DNA of 64,000 bases, taken from positions 7,860 to 71,859 of the forward strand of contig DATKXU010000037.1 in the NCBI GenBank assembly GCA_035528905.1, written 5' to 3'. Of this stretch, positions 54,201 through 63,717 are shown piece after piece. Below the pieces are notes generated by a model. It saw only the letters and a list, made by a program, of their open reading frames with translations, searched no databases and was not told where the DNA came from. This stretch comes from Armatimonadota bacterium (GTDB lineage Bacteria > Armatimonadota > UBA5829 > DTJY01). The translations under genes and the position numbers were made by a program. The first letter of the stretch is position 1. Every line of letters begins with the position of its first letter.

Positions 54201-55435
54201 AGAACGCGCGCGGCGCCCTTATGGCCGCCGTAGACGTGACAGGCACGCTCGACCAGCCCGTCTTCGACGGCCAGGCGACCCTACACGATAGCTTCCTGAG
54301 GGTCAAGGGTCTTGAGAATGACCTGACCAACATTGGATTAGCAGCCAGATTCCAGGATTCCAGCCTGGTGATACAGAGTCTCAGCGGAGCATCCTCGCTT
54401 GGCGGGACCTTTTCCGGCAGCGGGAGTCTTGCTCTCTCCGGCACTGCCGGGGGCATGCTGACGGCCTTGCTAACGCTGGACGGGCTGCGCCTTGACGTCA
54501 CCAGCACAGCCGCCGAGCAACTGGTGTTCACCACCACCGGCCAATTGCTGCTGAGCGAAACGCTCAAGTCACCGCTGGTCCAGGGGCAACTGGTGGTCAG
54601 AGACGCGCGCATCCGCGTTCCCGCCGAGACGGTCACAACGACAGCGGCCGTTCCGTATCTTCCCGTCAGTCCTGAACTAGCCATCACGGTAGACCTGGCT
54701 CGCGATGTCGTCGTGGAGCGGGGCACTCTCAGGGCGGAAGTCGCGGGACCGGTGGCCGTGACGGGGACATTGATCCGTCCCGTGATTGCCGGAACTGTGC
54801 AGATCGCGGACGGGCGCTTGAGCTATCTCGGCCGGACTTTGCAGCTCCAGCCCGGCGGAACCGCTTCACTGCTCCTGAGTCCTGCCCGGCCACCCATGAT
54901 AAGCCTGGACCTGACTGCGGTAACCCGCGTCTCGGCGCCATCGCCCGTCACAGGGCTGTTCACACGCTACACGCTCACACTCGACATTGCGGGACCGATT
55001 GGAAACCTCGACATAGGCGTGCGCAGCAGTCCGCCCGGCCTCTCGGACGTCGAGGCTCTGAGGCTCGTGTTCCGCGGCACCGCGCTGGACGCCCTCATCG
55101 CCGGAAGGCCGTTCGACCAGTTCTTCCAAGAGCAACTCGGGCAAGTCCTCTTAGGGTTAGCCCTACCTCGTGTCTTTGAGCCGTTCCAAATCGAGGGGCT
55201 TGTCTTCGTCCTCGAACCCGGCTTCGATATCCCGCTTGCGTTTACCGTGAGTACGCCGCTTGCAGAGCGACTGATCTTGTCGTACAGTCGCTCGGTGGTG
55301 GCAGCGTCGCCATTCGACGTGATCTCCTTCGGTTACATCCTAAGGCCGGAGTTGGCACTCACAGTCCAATTTCGAGGTCTGAACAGGACCCTACAGGAGA
55401 CGTCATACCTCTTGGGGTACTTCCGGCGCTTCTAA
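51242..55435 (+). CDS. TamB/AsmA-like translocation-and-assembly-module protein (DUF490 C-terminus)
   Basis: The 1397-aa product has an N-terminal transmembrane anchor (MPLLIVVVALLILGLIVSF). The long beta-rich repetitive body resembles TamB. Confidence 0.65.
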   Translation: MRSKMPLLIVVVALLILGLIVSFGVAYRLRQLASSLPNVLENELEARLDRQARVGSVKLASPSTAVITDLRIASGETFAQGTLFSARRATVRFRVIDLLTGRLPVARSITSVTLAGPSVRLVRDRNGVWDIEDLLRRPPIPPAQRFRALIRVRSGRLTIVDYAARVRQLPAVNSLNSVSGYVNLAPAQSALIDLSGRGDRQRVTGVQASGRWGIGAPVTHLNLSIQEADAEYWLDYFANIRGWNIAGGKADARAILSQPHGAGIVAKGSATLRDSAITSPYLSIPVRPFGAKIAFVGTDLSLAARGLLRESPISIRGQIIGFHPGRLNLHIASERMNLAVLQNAIRPLPALPQVRWPMPGVVSARVTGNAQRPMVTGVIRVPHAAAYGTPLTSLTAQGHFRDGTIFVTSVTGRAAGGSIRLSAAIGLQPVRIKAQGTAARINLAALPIPGNIRAAGLADARFALDYFHRLRWARVSAEIAQPRVADLAFDRGSANVVLTGPRTARARLRLSRGAIRGAEIEAAAADLALRERTVFLQRVAVDAFQGALSAQGTAMLDGILNLRVSGTGIDLRTLPGYEQLTGTASFTGSVNGTLSSPRLTARVTARDGQIRQVRYDAMTARLVATPQLLALEDAAIRLEQGEVTTTGRITFAKRAAARVELLMRAREVNLARVLPLVGVSAGAQGIANADLDIRGQLPNIRASGEASVTDGAIADVPFDLVRARLQFRNGRTAITELVAQRGEMQLTGGGSIGPQGDLQMSLTGENLRLSLLNQIVSRYIELEGPMTFTGEVAGTLRSPAIRGIIASTQPVINGRQFKSLAADLRLVEGTAILDQLVISPPQGQVLVQGTINPEGLVSLTGQIADFPLATLRPWVGMESLTGTLDASFAVGGPADSPTVRASASARDFTTPRISIERIAAEQVTIAGGRLSSTGVVAQANGSQLLLSGSLPFVWAAPYVPRDQPVLLHAELPDQDLAILQTLSPAVENARGALMAAVDVTGTLDQPVFDGQATLHDSFLRVKGLENDLTNIGLAARFQDSSLVIQSLSGASSLGGTFSGSGSLALSGTAGGMLTALLTLDGLRLDVTSTAAEQLVFTTTGQLLLSETLKSPLVQGQLVVRDARIRVPAETVTTTAAVPYLPVSPELAITVDLARDVVVERGTLRAEVAGPVAVTGTLIRPVIAGTVQIADGRLSYLGRTLQLQPGGTASLLLSPARPPMISLDLTAVTRVSAPSPVTGLFTRYTLTLDIAGPIGNLDIGVRSSPPGLSDVEALRLVFRGTALDALIAGRPFDQFFQEQLGQVLLGLALPRVFEPFQIEGLVFVLEPGFDIPLAFTVSTPLAERLILSYSRSVVAASPFDVISFGYILRPELALTVQFRGLNRTLQETSYLLGYFRRF

Positions 55436-55872
55436 GAGGGGCGCACCATCAGCACCGGGCATGGCGCTCCATGGAGTATGCCCTCCGCGACACTTCCAAT
55501 CAGGATTTGCCCAATGGCGCCTGTGCCCGCGCCTCGGCTCCCGATGACTATGAGGCCATAGCTTCCCTCCCGGGCATACTGAAGGATATCGGGAACGGCA
55601 GACCCGAAGACCAGTTCCTCACGCGGGTCAATATCCACCATTTCTAGAACTTCGCGTGCTGCTTCAAGGGCTGCTCTGCCATGCCTCGACAGCTCCAGGC
55701 GCATGTCCATCTGTTTCTCTTCGCTTGGCGGTGGTCCTATCACCGGCGGAAGCTCAGCCACGTAGAGCACTGTAACGTTCGACCCGTACTTCTTCGCGAT
55801 GTCGGCACAGTACTCCGCAGCCCGTAACGAGCAGGCCGACCCGTCCGTTGGCAGCAGTATGCTCTCAAACAT
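55432..55872 (-). CDS. Universal stress protein (UspA family)
   Basis: The product carries ILLPTDGSACS...VIGSRGAGTGAIGQILIGSVAEGILHGAPCPVLMV. Confidence 0.8.
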   Translation of the reverse strand: MFESILLPTDGSACSLRAAEYCADIAKKYGSNVTVLYVAELPPVIGPPPSEEKQMDMRLELSRHGRAALEAAREVLEMVDIDPREELVFGSAVPDILQYAREGSYGLIVIGSRGAGTGAIGQILIGSVAEGILHGAPCPVLMVRPS

Positions 55873-56082
55873 AAGGCTTTCCCCCTGTAGAGAATCCGTC
55901 TCGCTCGAAGTTTACCCAGCGGGGCTTGGCCGTAAATGAAGCCTTCTCGACATTACTGTCTCCAACTAAATGAAAAAGACGCCGTACAGCAGGGCAACAC
56001 TTGCCTTGCGTCGAACGTCTTAAGTAATGGGTTGGGCATCTGTACAGAAGGCTCTGCACATACTGATAGGAGGTAAGAGGCC

Positions 56083-56478
56083 ATGGCAGCAGGCGTATCA
56101 GCCCGTGACCAAGGGCTGCAGCTTCTCAGGGAAGGTTCGATCGGCGACAGCGTAGGTTTCCTGCTCAAGGCCATCGTTGAGGATCCTTCGGACGTTGATC
56201 TGTACCTGTACCTCGCTTTCGCATACACCCATCAGGATGATCTGGACAAGGCCATCCACATCCTAGAGCAGGCCACTGATGTCGCGCCTGCCTCTGCAAA
56301 GGTGCACTATAACCTCGGGGTAGCGTACCATAGGGCAGACAACACTACCCAGGCAAAGGACGAGTACCTTCGCGCGCTCGGCTTGGACCCGACATACACA
56401 GCCGCTGAGAAGGCACTGGACTCGCTGGCTCCTGAGGGCGGACAGCCAGCCGCCGAGAGCGGTCCACCGGAGGCGTAA
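56083..56478 (+). CDS. Tetratricopeptide-repeat protein
   Basis: TPR units are present (YLYLAFAYTHQDDLDKA, HYNLGVAYHRADN). GGAGG precedes the ATG. Confidence 0.55.
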   Translation: MAAGVSARDQGLQLLREGSIGDSVGFLLKAIVEDPSDVDLYLYLAFAYTHQDDLDKAIHILEQATDVAPASAKVHYNLGVAYHRADNTTQAKDEYLRALGLDPTYTAAEKALDSLAPEGGQPAAESGPPEA

Positions 56479-56492
56479 TACCAAATGGTAAG

Positions 56493-57782
56493 ATGAAAAG
56501 GGTTCACGTTCATCAGGATAGGAAGTGCGTAGCGATTGCTGTGCTTGCCGGACTACTGGCCGCGCTTGTAGTATCCGCGTCCGCGAATTCGCCCATCCCA
56601 AAGCAGAAACCCCCTGATCTGGTCACGGTCAGAGGCACAGTCGTTACCGTTGATGGTAGACCCCTGGAAGGTGTGAATGGAAGCACCGAGGGCGGCCCTT
56701 GCTGGGTATCCGGTAAAGGAGGGAAATTCGTTATAAAACTGAAGCCGGGCACCTACAAGCTGTGGGCGTTGGCCGCAAAATCCAGGGCTGTCACTCTCGT
56801 CGTGCCAAAGGGCAAGTCCTCTGTTTCGGTAAGAGTTATCGCAAAACGGATGAAGAACCGGGTGCCGCTCAAGTTCCTGACTCCGGGCGGCAGACCTGCG
56901 GCCAACGCGCGCATGGCCTCTGGGATGAGGGCTGGGAGTGGGACATGGGGCATGGGCCCTGTCAGCACCGATGCAAGAGGCATACTGATGGAGCAGGTGG
57001 AGTACGATGCCCCAGTCTGGTTCTTCTCCGCTGCAAGTGGGATTGGGTACGCCAAGCTGGAAATTGCCGATGATGAGACGCTGTTCAGTGAGGAACCAAT
57101 CCTTGTGCAACTCTCATCGGGTCCGTATGTGTCAGGCCGCGTCGTGGCGGAGCGAGGCGGTATGCCTTTGGGAGGAGTGAATATCTACCCCTGGAGGGTC
57201 TACAAAAAAGGCGATCCTTGGAGTGGGTGGAACAGCCAGTTTGGGTTCAAGAGCTACCAATATACCATAAACGAGGTCATGTCGGCCACTTCCCGTGATG
57301 GTGATGGCACTTTTAGACTCGGGCCTCTCCCTCCAGGCGACTACAAGATGGATTACGGTGCGCCTGAAGTGGGTGATCTCCCAGCGGACGAAGGCAGGAA
57401 TTTGAATATTGCAGTCGCCAGCATCCCTGTGAATGTCCCGGAAGATCGGGATATTGAGGGTCTGCAGATCGTCTACCCTGTGAAGAAGCCGGCCTACAGT
57501 CTCATGGGACAAGTCTTCCAGGGGGATACGTCAACACCGCTGGCCTCGACAGAAATAACGATCAGTGTCATGACGATATATCCACCCGACCCGGAGCCGG
57601 AGAACTGGTATGTATGTGAGCCGGTCGTGCGGACTGTTGTCACAGATGCGCAAGGCAATTACAGGCTCTACCCGATCCGCCCCGGTAAGTACAAGCTGGA
57701 GGCAAAGTGGGAAAAGTTCTCTGCGACCAGGAATGTATCTCTTCGCGCTAACGCGACGGGTGTTGACTTCACACTGCATTAG
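56493..57782 (+). CDS. Secreted protein with carboxypeptidase-regulatory-like (CarbopepD_reg) beta-sandwich domains
   Basis: A signal peptide is present, followed by repeated VRGTVVTVDGRPLEGV / VSGRVVAERGGMPLGGV type motifs. Confidence 0.5.
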   Translation: MKRVHVHQDRKCVAIAVLAGLLAALVVSASANSPIPKQKPPDLVTVRGTVVTVDGRPLEGVNGSTEGGPCWVSGKGGKFVIKLKPGTYKLWALAAKSRAVTLVVPKGKSSVSVRVIAKRMKNRVPLKFLTPGGRPAANARMASGMRAGSGTWGMGPVSTDARGILMEQVEYDAPVWFFSAASGIGYAKLEIADDETLFSEEPILVQLSSGPYVSGRVVAERGGMPLGGVNIYPWRVYKKGDPWSGWNSQFGFKSYQYTINEVMSATSRDGDGTFRLGPLPPGDYKMDYGAPEVGDLPADEGRNLNIAVASIPVNVPEDRDIEGLQIVYPVKKPAYSLMGQVFQGDTSTPLASTEITISVMTIYPPDPEPENWYVCEPVVRTVVTDAQGNYRLYPIRPGKYKLEAKWEKFSATRNVSLRANATGVDFTLH

Positions 57783-57830
57783 TCCGTTGTATACGTGTTA
57801 GCAGGGCAGCACCTGTGCCGGCAGGCAGCT

Positions 57831-60800
57831 CTACTCCACCACCATGTTCACCGGTGGGGCAACGTCGTTTATCTCCGGGTTGTAGTAGAGGTACGCGGTG
57901 GACTTCGGTGTCCGCGCCCGGATTGGGAACTTCGCCTTCAGCCTGTATTTGAACTCCACGGGCTTTCCGCCCTCCAGCTTCTCGAAGTACAGGATCACCT
58001 GCCTGGACGTGATTGTGTAGCGCTGAACGACCTTGCCGCCGACCAGAGCCTCCAAATCCTCGGCCATGACCTGAAATCCCGGAGGAGTCCCCAGGTCAAC
58101 CATGACCATGTTCGCAGTCCCGGATCCGTTGTAGGCGATCTTCACAGTGCTCGTGACAATATCGTCCTTCGCAAGAGTCGTCCTGTCGAAGTCAACATTG
58201 ATCGAGATCAGCCTTTGCTCCGGCTGCTGAGAGAGCTTATCCCACGGCAGGTAGTACTTCCCGGCAATCTGATAGAGCGACGATCCCCTACCCTCGAACT
58301 CCACGCGAATCTTATTCTCGCCCTCCCTGACGAATTGCTTGCAGTCCACCTGGCGGAGCACGTCGCTGTCCTCAGGCGTGATCTTGAAGGTTCCGGCTTC
58401 CTGACCGTTGACCAACACAGTCACCTTCGCATTGATCTCCTGCGTCCGGTTTTCCATGGACGCAAGCAGCGCCTTAAGAGAGAGGATTGTCGCCTGGGTC
58501 GAGCCCCAGGTGCCGTTCGGGTCCTTGGCCTGGATGATGAAGGTGAGCGCTTTGCTCACTACATCAGGATACCTGCCGGAGCGAATGAAGGCCAAGGCTG
58601 CGAGAGCCGTTGTCTCCACGTCAGCCGACTTGCCGCGCGTGAAGGTGATGGTAGAGACATCGGATTTCCAGGATACCTTACCGTCCTCCTCAACCTTCAT
58701 ATCCACCAGGCGCTCAAGGGCAGTCAGGGCCGCTGGATCGTCTTTCCCCGCGGATACCAGCGCATTCGCCAGCATCGCCAGCGTGTATGCATCCTTGGCA
58801 TCGTTCGCATTCTCCTTCAGATAGCTCAAGGAGGGACGCATCTCGGCCGGATCGTAGCCGCTGTGCATCAGCGCCCAGGCAATCCAGGCGGTCGGCAGGA
58901 GATTGCTCTTCTGGATGCGGCCCCAGGACTCCTCATGCAGGTAGTTCTGATCAGGCGACCACGAGCCGTCCTTCTCGCGCTGAGCGACAAGCCACTGCTG
59001 CGTGCGCTGGATCAGGTTCGGATCAACCTCATAGACCTTCGACATGTCCGCGAACTCCATCACGCCATATGCTGTCAGAACCTTATTCGCCGGAGGGTCG
59101 CCGAACCAGGAGAATCCGCCGCCGGGAACCTCGAACGTGACCAGGCGCTGGTAGCCCAGGTTGATGTACTGCTCGGCCTTCATCTGGACCTCCGGCGTGA
59201 TCTGGTTCACGGATTTCATGTAGTCTAGGACGAGAATGTTCGGATATGTCGCCGAGGACGTTTGCTCGAAGCAGCCGAAAGGCATCTGGAGGATCTTGTC
59301 CATCCCCTCGACCACCTGGCTGAATATCCCCGGGTAGACCTTCACTAGGATGTTGCTCGCCCCGTCAATGGCGTCCTCGGGGATGGTGAGCGTATTCTCC
59401 ACGGTCTTCTCAAGACGGTCGTTGATCGAGGCCTGATACTCCTTCCCATCCGGCATCACCTCGATCTCGCGGGAGATGGCGTCGCTCATCTTGGTGCCCA
59501 TTGCATGGACGGTCAGGCGATGGCTGCCGATCTCCTTGACCCTGAGCCGGAAATACACGGCCTCGACGTCATTCTCCCCAATCTGAAGCCTCTTCGTCGC
59601 GGAATCGAGCAGCTCGAACCAGGGCTCCGTCGTGAGCTCGAGGATCACTCGCTGTGCGGAGGTCAGGTAGTTATAGACCGCAACCGGAATCGAGACCTCG
59701 TCGTTCTGCGTCAGAGAGACCGGAAGGTCAGTATCTATGAAGAAGTCCTGGAAGCACTTCAGGCCTTGCGACGTCGAGCCGAGTTCACCGGCAGCAGACG
59801 AGGCCATCGCAGAAATGCGCCACGTTGTGATGCTGTCGGCGACATCAACGTGTATCGAAGCCTTCCCGCTGCCGTCCGTGATCACAGCCGGGTTGAAGTA
59901 CATAGTCTCAGGGAAGAACTGCCGAATCCGGATTTCCTCCCTGGCAGGCGCTGCGCCGCCGTATCCACCCCGGAACTCTACTTCTGCCACAGCAACGGGA
60001 ACTCTTTCTACTTCCTCAACGCCTCGCACAGAGGGCGCTTGGGGTCCAGCTACCAAAGCCGCGTCAACCCCCACCGGCCCGGGAGGCGCAGGCACCCCTT
60101 TCGCCATGAAAAGGTCCGCTCCGCCTTCCAGCAGAAGCCGAGCTCGCTCAGGCTCCCCAGGGCTGCCGCCGACCGCGACATCGTCTTCGGTGCCTTTGCG
60201 CCCGTCCGGGCCTAGGCTGGTGATCGTCATACTGTGCTCGAAGCTCCCGCAGCCGCATGGCGTGAAGTCGTAGGGCCGCCCCCACCGGTCGAGCAGATCG
60301 CTCCTTCTGAGAAGGCCGACCTCGACAAGATACTTGATGCCGCCGCGATCCTTGAGCGAGGGCGATTTGTACTTCTGGTAGTACTCGACCACCGCTCGGG
60401 CAACCTTCGCATAATCTCTCCGGACCCTCTTTGACAGCTGTTCCCTCATATTCCGGATCTTCTCGGAGTACGAGTTCCCTGCCAGCGTATAGGCCGCGCC
60501 GGCATCCTGCCGCCTGCCTTGCTCAGCGAGCGCGAAGAGCACGCGTGCCGCCCGCTGCTTCTCGGCCCCGAATGTCTCATCAATCCCAGGAGAGACGATA
60601 TTGGCGGGGCTCAGGCCGTGAACTTCGAACTTCGGCTCCATGAGCTCCTTTTCCAGCAGGAAGTAAATCTTCTCCATGCCGGGTTGCATCTCCTGGAGCG
60701 CGAAGACGCTCTCGTCCACGATAGCCACTCCGAGGGCCGCCGAGACACCCTTACCCGCGGAACTCCTCACATCGAAAGCTATCTTTGCCGGCTTCCCGGG

Positions 60801-62483
60801 GAGGTATGATTTCTTGTCGGGAGTAATCCTAACCCTCAAATCGTCTGCTGGATCCACGTAGAGCCTGCGGGTGTCCCGAACGATGAGGCCCGACTTCGAT
60901 ATCCGGTAGGCGTGGATCTCCAGGCTGCCGCTCATGTCCTGGCTGAGCGGGAGAGACAGCTCGCCTCTGCCCTTAACCAGGTCGAGCGACGCGGTATGGA
61001 GAGTCTGGCCGCTGCGTATGACATCAATGTAGATCGTGCCAGTCGGCGAAGGAGACAAACAGGTCAGGTTCACGACATCGCCGACCTTTGCGAGCGCCCT
61101 GTCGGTTCTGAGGAGCACCGCGTCTTCCAGCGCAGAGCCGCGCAGGGCGATCTTGTATTCCGCCCTGCGCCTATTCCTATCTGTGGCAGTGATGTGAAGG
61201 TTCAGCACATCCTTCGGCGGAGTAACCCTAAACTCGGCGATGCCAGTCGCGTCGGTACGCAGACTGCCGACACGCAAAGCCGGTCTTTCCTCCCTCTCCA
61301 CAGTGACACGCGCCGATGCCGCTGAGCCATCGGGATAGGTCGTCATGACGTAGATGACGTTCTGAACGTTCGGGATGATCCGCCCGCCATCGGGCACCGC
61401 GATGATCTTGAGCGCCTGAGCCGCGACCGGCACGGTCTGCGTGATCTTCTCCTCGTGGTCGGCGCCGTCCTTTACGGCCACCTCGAACTTCACGAACGCG
61501 TTTCCTTGCTCTAAGGGCTGCCCCACAAAGTAGTCCGGGAGCTTCTGCTCGAACTTGAAGTTGCCGCTGCCGTCCGTGCGGCCGCTGATTTCAGCAAAGT
61601 CCTTGAACTGAAAATCGAATGTCGAAGCCTTGATGTTGACCTTTCCATCCGCGACAGGCTTCCCGAAGAAGTAGTCTGCCTGCACTTTCCCGGCGACGGT
61701 CTCGTTCGGCAGGTAGTAAGACTTGTCCGGGGTGAACTTGATCTTGAACTTAGGCAGGACATAGCGCTCGACGGTGACTTTCTTCTCCGCCTTGGTCTTC
61801 CCTATCAGAGCCCGCACGGCATAGCGCCCCATGTTCACCTCGGTCGCGAGTTGGAAGTCTGCCGACGCGACGCCGTATTGCGAAGTGGGCTGGGTCTTCT
61901 TGAAAACCTTGTTTCCCTTCCCGTCTTCTACCTCTATCGTGAGCGGGGTCTTTGCAACCGCCTGGCGGCTAGGCCGCTTGAGAGCAAGGGCGCGGATGTG
62001 CATTACCTGGCCCGGCTGGTAGAGCGGCTTGTCGGTAGTCAGAAGGATTTGCTGGTCGCGGACGACGCGCACATTCCGCGTAAGGGTGTCCCTTTCCCCA
62101 ATGCCCTGGGCGATGACGGTCAACTCGTAAGACCCGTCCTGCACATCCGGCGCCTTGAAGGATGCTGCAAGCGTCCCATCCCTATTCGTGCGCCCTGAAA
62201 ACAGGAGCAGCGATTCCGCATCCACGTCCCTTTCCTGCTGCGACAACGCCTTCATATAAGCCTTCACGTACACGCCGCTTACCGGTTTTCCAGTCACGTG
62301 GTTCAGCGCGATCACGCGCAGGGAAGCCTTGCTCCCCGCGAGAAGCTGTGACTGTCCCAGGATGCAGGTCTCGAGCTTAGGCAACGCGGCCTGCGTAGCC
62401 CTAGAGGCGATCGCCACAGACAACAGAACAATCAGCATACAGCACACTAATACTACCCTCGCACATCGCATGTTCTCGGACAT
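57831..62483 (-). CDS. Bacterial alpha-2-macroglobulin family protein
   Basis: The 1550-aa product has a signal peptide and multiple MG domains. A thioester-like motif PFGCFEQT is present, together with a TED-like alpha-helical region. Confidence 0.8.
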   Translation of the reverse strand: MSENMRCARVVLVCCMLIVLLSVAIASRATQAALPKLETCILGQSQLLAGSKASLRVIALNHVTGKPVSGVYVKAYMKALSQQERDVDAESLLLFSGRTNRDGTLAASFKAPDVQDGSYELTVIAQGIGERDTLTRNVRVVRDQQILLTTDKPLYQPGQVMHIRALALKRPSRQAVAKTPLTIEVEDGKGNKVFKKTQPTSQYGVASADFQLATEVNMGRYAVRALIGKTKAEKKVTVERYVLPKFKIKFTPDKSYYLPNETVAGKVQADYFFGKPVADGKVNIKASTFDFQFKDFAEISGRTDGSGNFKFEQKLPDYFVGQPLEQGNAFVKFEVAVKDGADHEEKITQTVPVAAQALKIIAVPDGGRIIPNVQNVIYVMTTYPDGSAASARVTVEREERPALRVGSLRTDATGIAEFRVTPPKDVLNLHITATDRNRRRAEYKIALRGSALEDAVLLRTDRALAKVGDVVNLTCLSPSPTGTIYIDVIRSGQTLHTASLDLVKGRGELSLPLSQDMSGSLEIHAYRISKSGLIVRDTRRLYVDPADDLRVRITPDKKSYLPGKPAKIAFDVRSSAGKGVSAALGVAIVDESVFALQEMQPGMEKIYFLLEKELMEPKFEVHGLSPANIVSPGIDETFGAEKQRAARVLFALAEQGRRQDAGAAYTLAGNSYSEKIRNMREQLSKRVRRDYAKVARAVVEYYQKYKSPSLKDRGGIKYLVEVGLLRRSDLLDRWGRPYDFTPCGCGSFEHSMTITSLGPDGRKGTEDDVAVGGSPGEPERARLLLEGGADLFMAKGVPAPPGPVGVDAALVAGPQAPSVRGVEEVERVPVAVAEVEFRGGYGGAAPAREEIRIRQFFPETMYFNPAVITDGSGKASIHVDVADSITTWRISAMASSAAGELGSTSQGLKCFQDFFIDTDLPVSLTQNDEVSIPVAVYNYLTSAQRVILELTTEPWFELLDSATKRLQIGENDVEAVYFRLRVKEIGSHRLTVHAMGTKMSDAISREIEVMPDGKEYQASINDRLEKTVENTLTIPEDAIDGASNILVKVYPGIFSQVVEGMDKILQMPFGCFEQTSSATYPNILVLDYMKSVNQITPEVQMKAEQYINLGYQRLVTFEVPGGGFSWFGDPPANKVLTAYGVMEFADMSKVYEVDPNLIQRTQQWLVAQREKDGSWSPDQNYLHEESWGRIQKSNLLPTAWIAWALMHSGYDPAEMRPSLSYLKENANDAKDAYTLAMLANALVSAGKDDPAALTALERLVDMKVEEDGKVSWKSDVSTITFTRGKSADVETTALAALAFIRSGRYPDVVSKALTFIIQAKDPNGTWGSTQATILSLKALLASMENRTQEINAKVTVLVNGQEAGTFKITPEDSDVLRQVDCKQFVREGENKIRVEFEGRGSSLYQIAGKYYLPWDKLSQQPEQRLISINVDFDRTTLAKDDIVTSTVKIAYNGSGTANMVMVDLGTPPGFQVMAEDLEALVGGKVVQRYTITSRQVILYFEKLEGGKPVEFKYRLKAKFPIRARTPKSTAYLYYNPEINDVAPPVNMVVE

Positions 62484-62880
62484 CGGATTCTACCCCCGTT
62501 CGATGTTGGTCTCAGCACGCATATTGTGGACTTGCCCTCTCAAACCATTGTCTTAGAGGCAGGAAATGCCCGCCGCCTTCAAAAATGAAGCCTCACGCCG
62601 CGATGCAAGCTTACATGCGCCTAGACCTAAAGTCAAGCGACATCCCTGCGGCCAGACAAAAAGCCCGGGGGCATTGCGCCCTCGGGCGTGAATTCGGTAT
62701 GCGCCTGCACGGTCAAGCCGCGTTTTCCTGTGGGCTCTCCGGGTGGAAGGTCACGGTTCGCGCCTCTTGCCGCTTGCAGAAGTTCAGCGTCTCCCATTGG
62801 CGGCTCAATTCTCCAAGTGATCTTTTCTCTAACCGCCATGGATGCTTATCACAGCCCTCATATTTGGGCCAGATAATAAC

Positions 62881-62912
62881 AATGCCAGCCGGAGTTCATC
62901 CGCTGGCATTGC
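62881..62912 (-). terminator. Putative intrinsic terminator downstream of secG
   Basis: AATGCCAGCCGG/CCGCTGGCATT forms an ~10-bp hairpin. On the minus strand it is followed by GUUAUUAUCU. Confidence 0.3.
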
Positions 62913-62967
62913 AAAAGCACTGTTCACTTATGACTTGTGGCGACTGACTGGTATTCGCTCCGCCGCG

Positions 62968-63216
62968 CTACACGCCTGCTTTGGATCTGATGATATAGAC
63001 CAATGCGCCCGTTACCATGAACGCTATCGCACACCAGCGCGTGAGGCCCGCAAGCTTCTCGTCCATGCCGGGCTTGCCGCGGAACGACGATGACATCTTG
63101 CCGCCGATTGTACCGGTCAGGCCCTCGCTTTTCGTCGTCTGGGACATGACCAGCACGATGAGGATGACCGAGCTAAGCAAGTGGATACCAGTCAATAGTG
63201 CCAAACTCGCGCTCAA
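62968..63216 (-). CDS. secG: Preprotein translocase subunit SecG
   Basis: Two transmembrane segments flank GLTGTIGG...FRGKPGMDEKLAGLTRW. The gene starts with TTG. Confidence 0.75.
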   Translation of the reverse strand: MSASLALLTGIHLLSSVILIVLVMSQTTKSEGLTGTIGGKMSSSFRGKPGMDEKLAGLTRWCAIAFMVTGALVYIIRSKAGV

Positions 63217-63301
63217 AGCAATCTACCTCGTCTCGGGTCGCGCCGCGGACGCACCGTCCCGTCGGCGCACCACCACAGCATACCAGACTTCGCCGATCTC
63301 G

Positions 63302-63502
63302 TCAAGACGTCGAGTCGGTTTCGCTGTCCGCCTCGGCCTCTTTCGACTTCTCTTCCTCGTCCTCTAGAACAGCTTTCGACGACTTCTTGAACTCCTTGAT
63401 TCCCTGGCCTAGAGATTTGCCGAGTTCAGGAAGCTTCTTCGCCCCGAAGAGAAGCACGATTATACCCAATACTATCCATATTTCTTGGCCACCGAAATGC
63501 AT
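63302..63502 (-). CDS. tatA: Twin-arginine translocase subunit TatA/E
   Basis: The product [40 protein letters not shown] is TatA-like. The ATG at 63500-63502 was chosen; the ORF-track start is GTG at 63517. Confidence 0.7.
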   Translation of the reverse strand: MHFGGQEIWIVLGIIVLLFGAKKLPELGKSLGQGIKEFKKSSKAVLEDEEEKSKEAEADSETDSTS

Positions 63503-63509
63503 TTTAGAT

Positions 63510-63710
63510 TCACTCACTTTCTTTATCAGTGTTCAGGTCTTCCCTCACATCGAGCTCCTCGACGGATGATGAGAAATCCCGCGCGGCTTTCCGAAGCTCC
63601 CGCATCGCCTTTCCAAGAGTTCGACCGATCTCCGGAAGCTTCTTCGGCCCGAAGAGCAGAAGCGCTATGAGTAGTATAACAAGTATCTCCGGATACCCCA
63701 TAGATCCCAT
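63510..63710 (-). CDS. tatA: Twin-arginine translocase subunit TatA/E (second paralogue)
   Basis: The product is [41 protein letters not shown]. Confidence 0.7.
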   Translation of the reverse strand: MGSMGYPEILVILLIALLLFGPKKLPEIGRTLGKAMRELRKAARDFSSSVEELDVREDLNTDKESE

Positions 63711-63717
63711 CTAAGTC

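Noticed and set aside
57795-59228. 477-aa plus-strand ORF opposite the alpha-2-macroglobulin gene
   Set aside because: It is an antisense artefact with Arg/Leu-rich low complexity.
62585-62947. 120-aa plus-strand ORF between the A2M start and secG
   Set aside because: It has no ribosome-binding site and a Cys/His-rich low-complexity product. The region is better explained as the A2M promoter plus the secG terminator.
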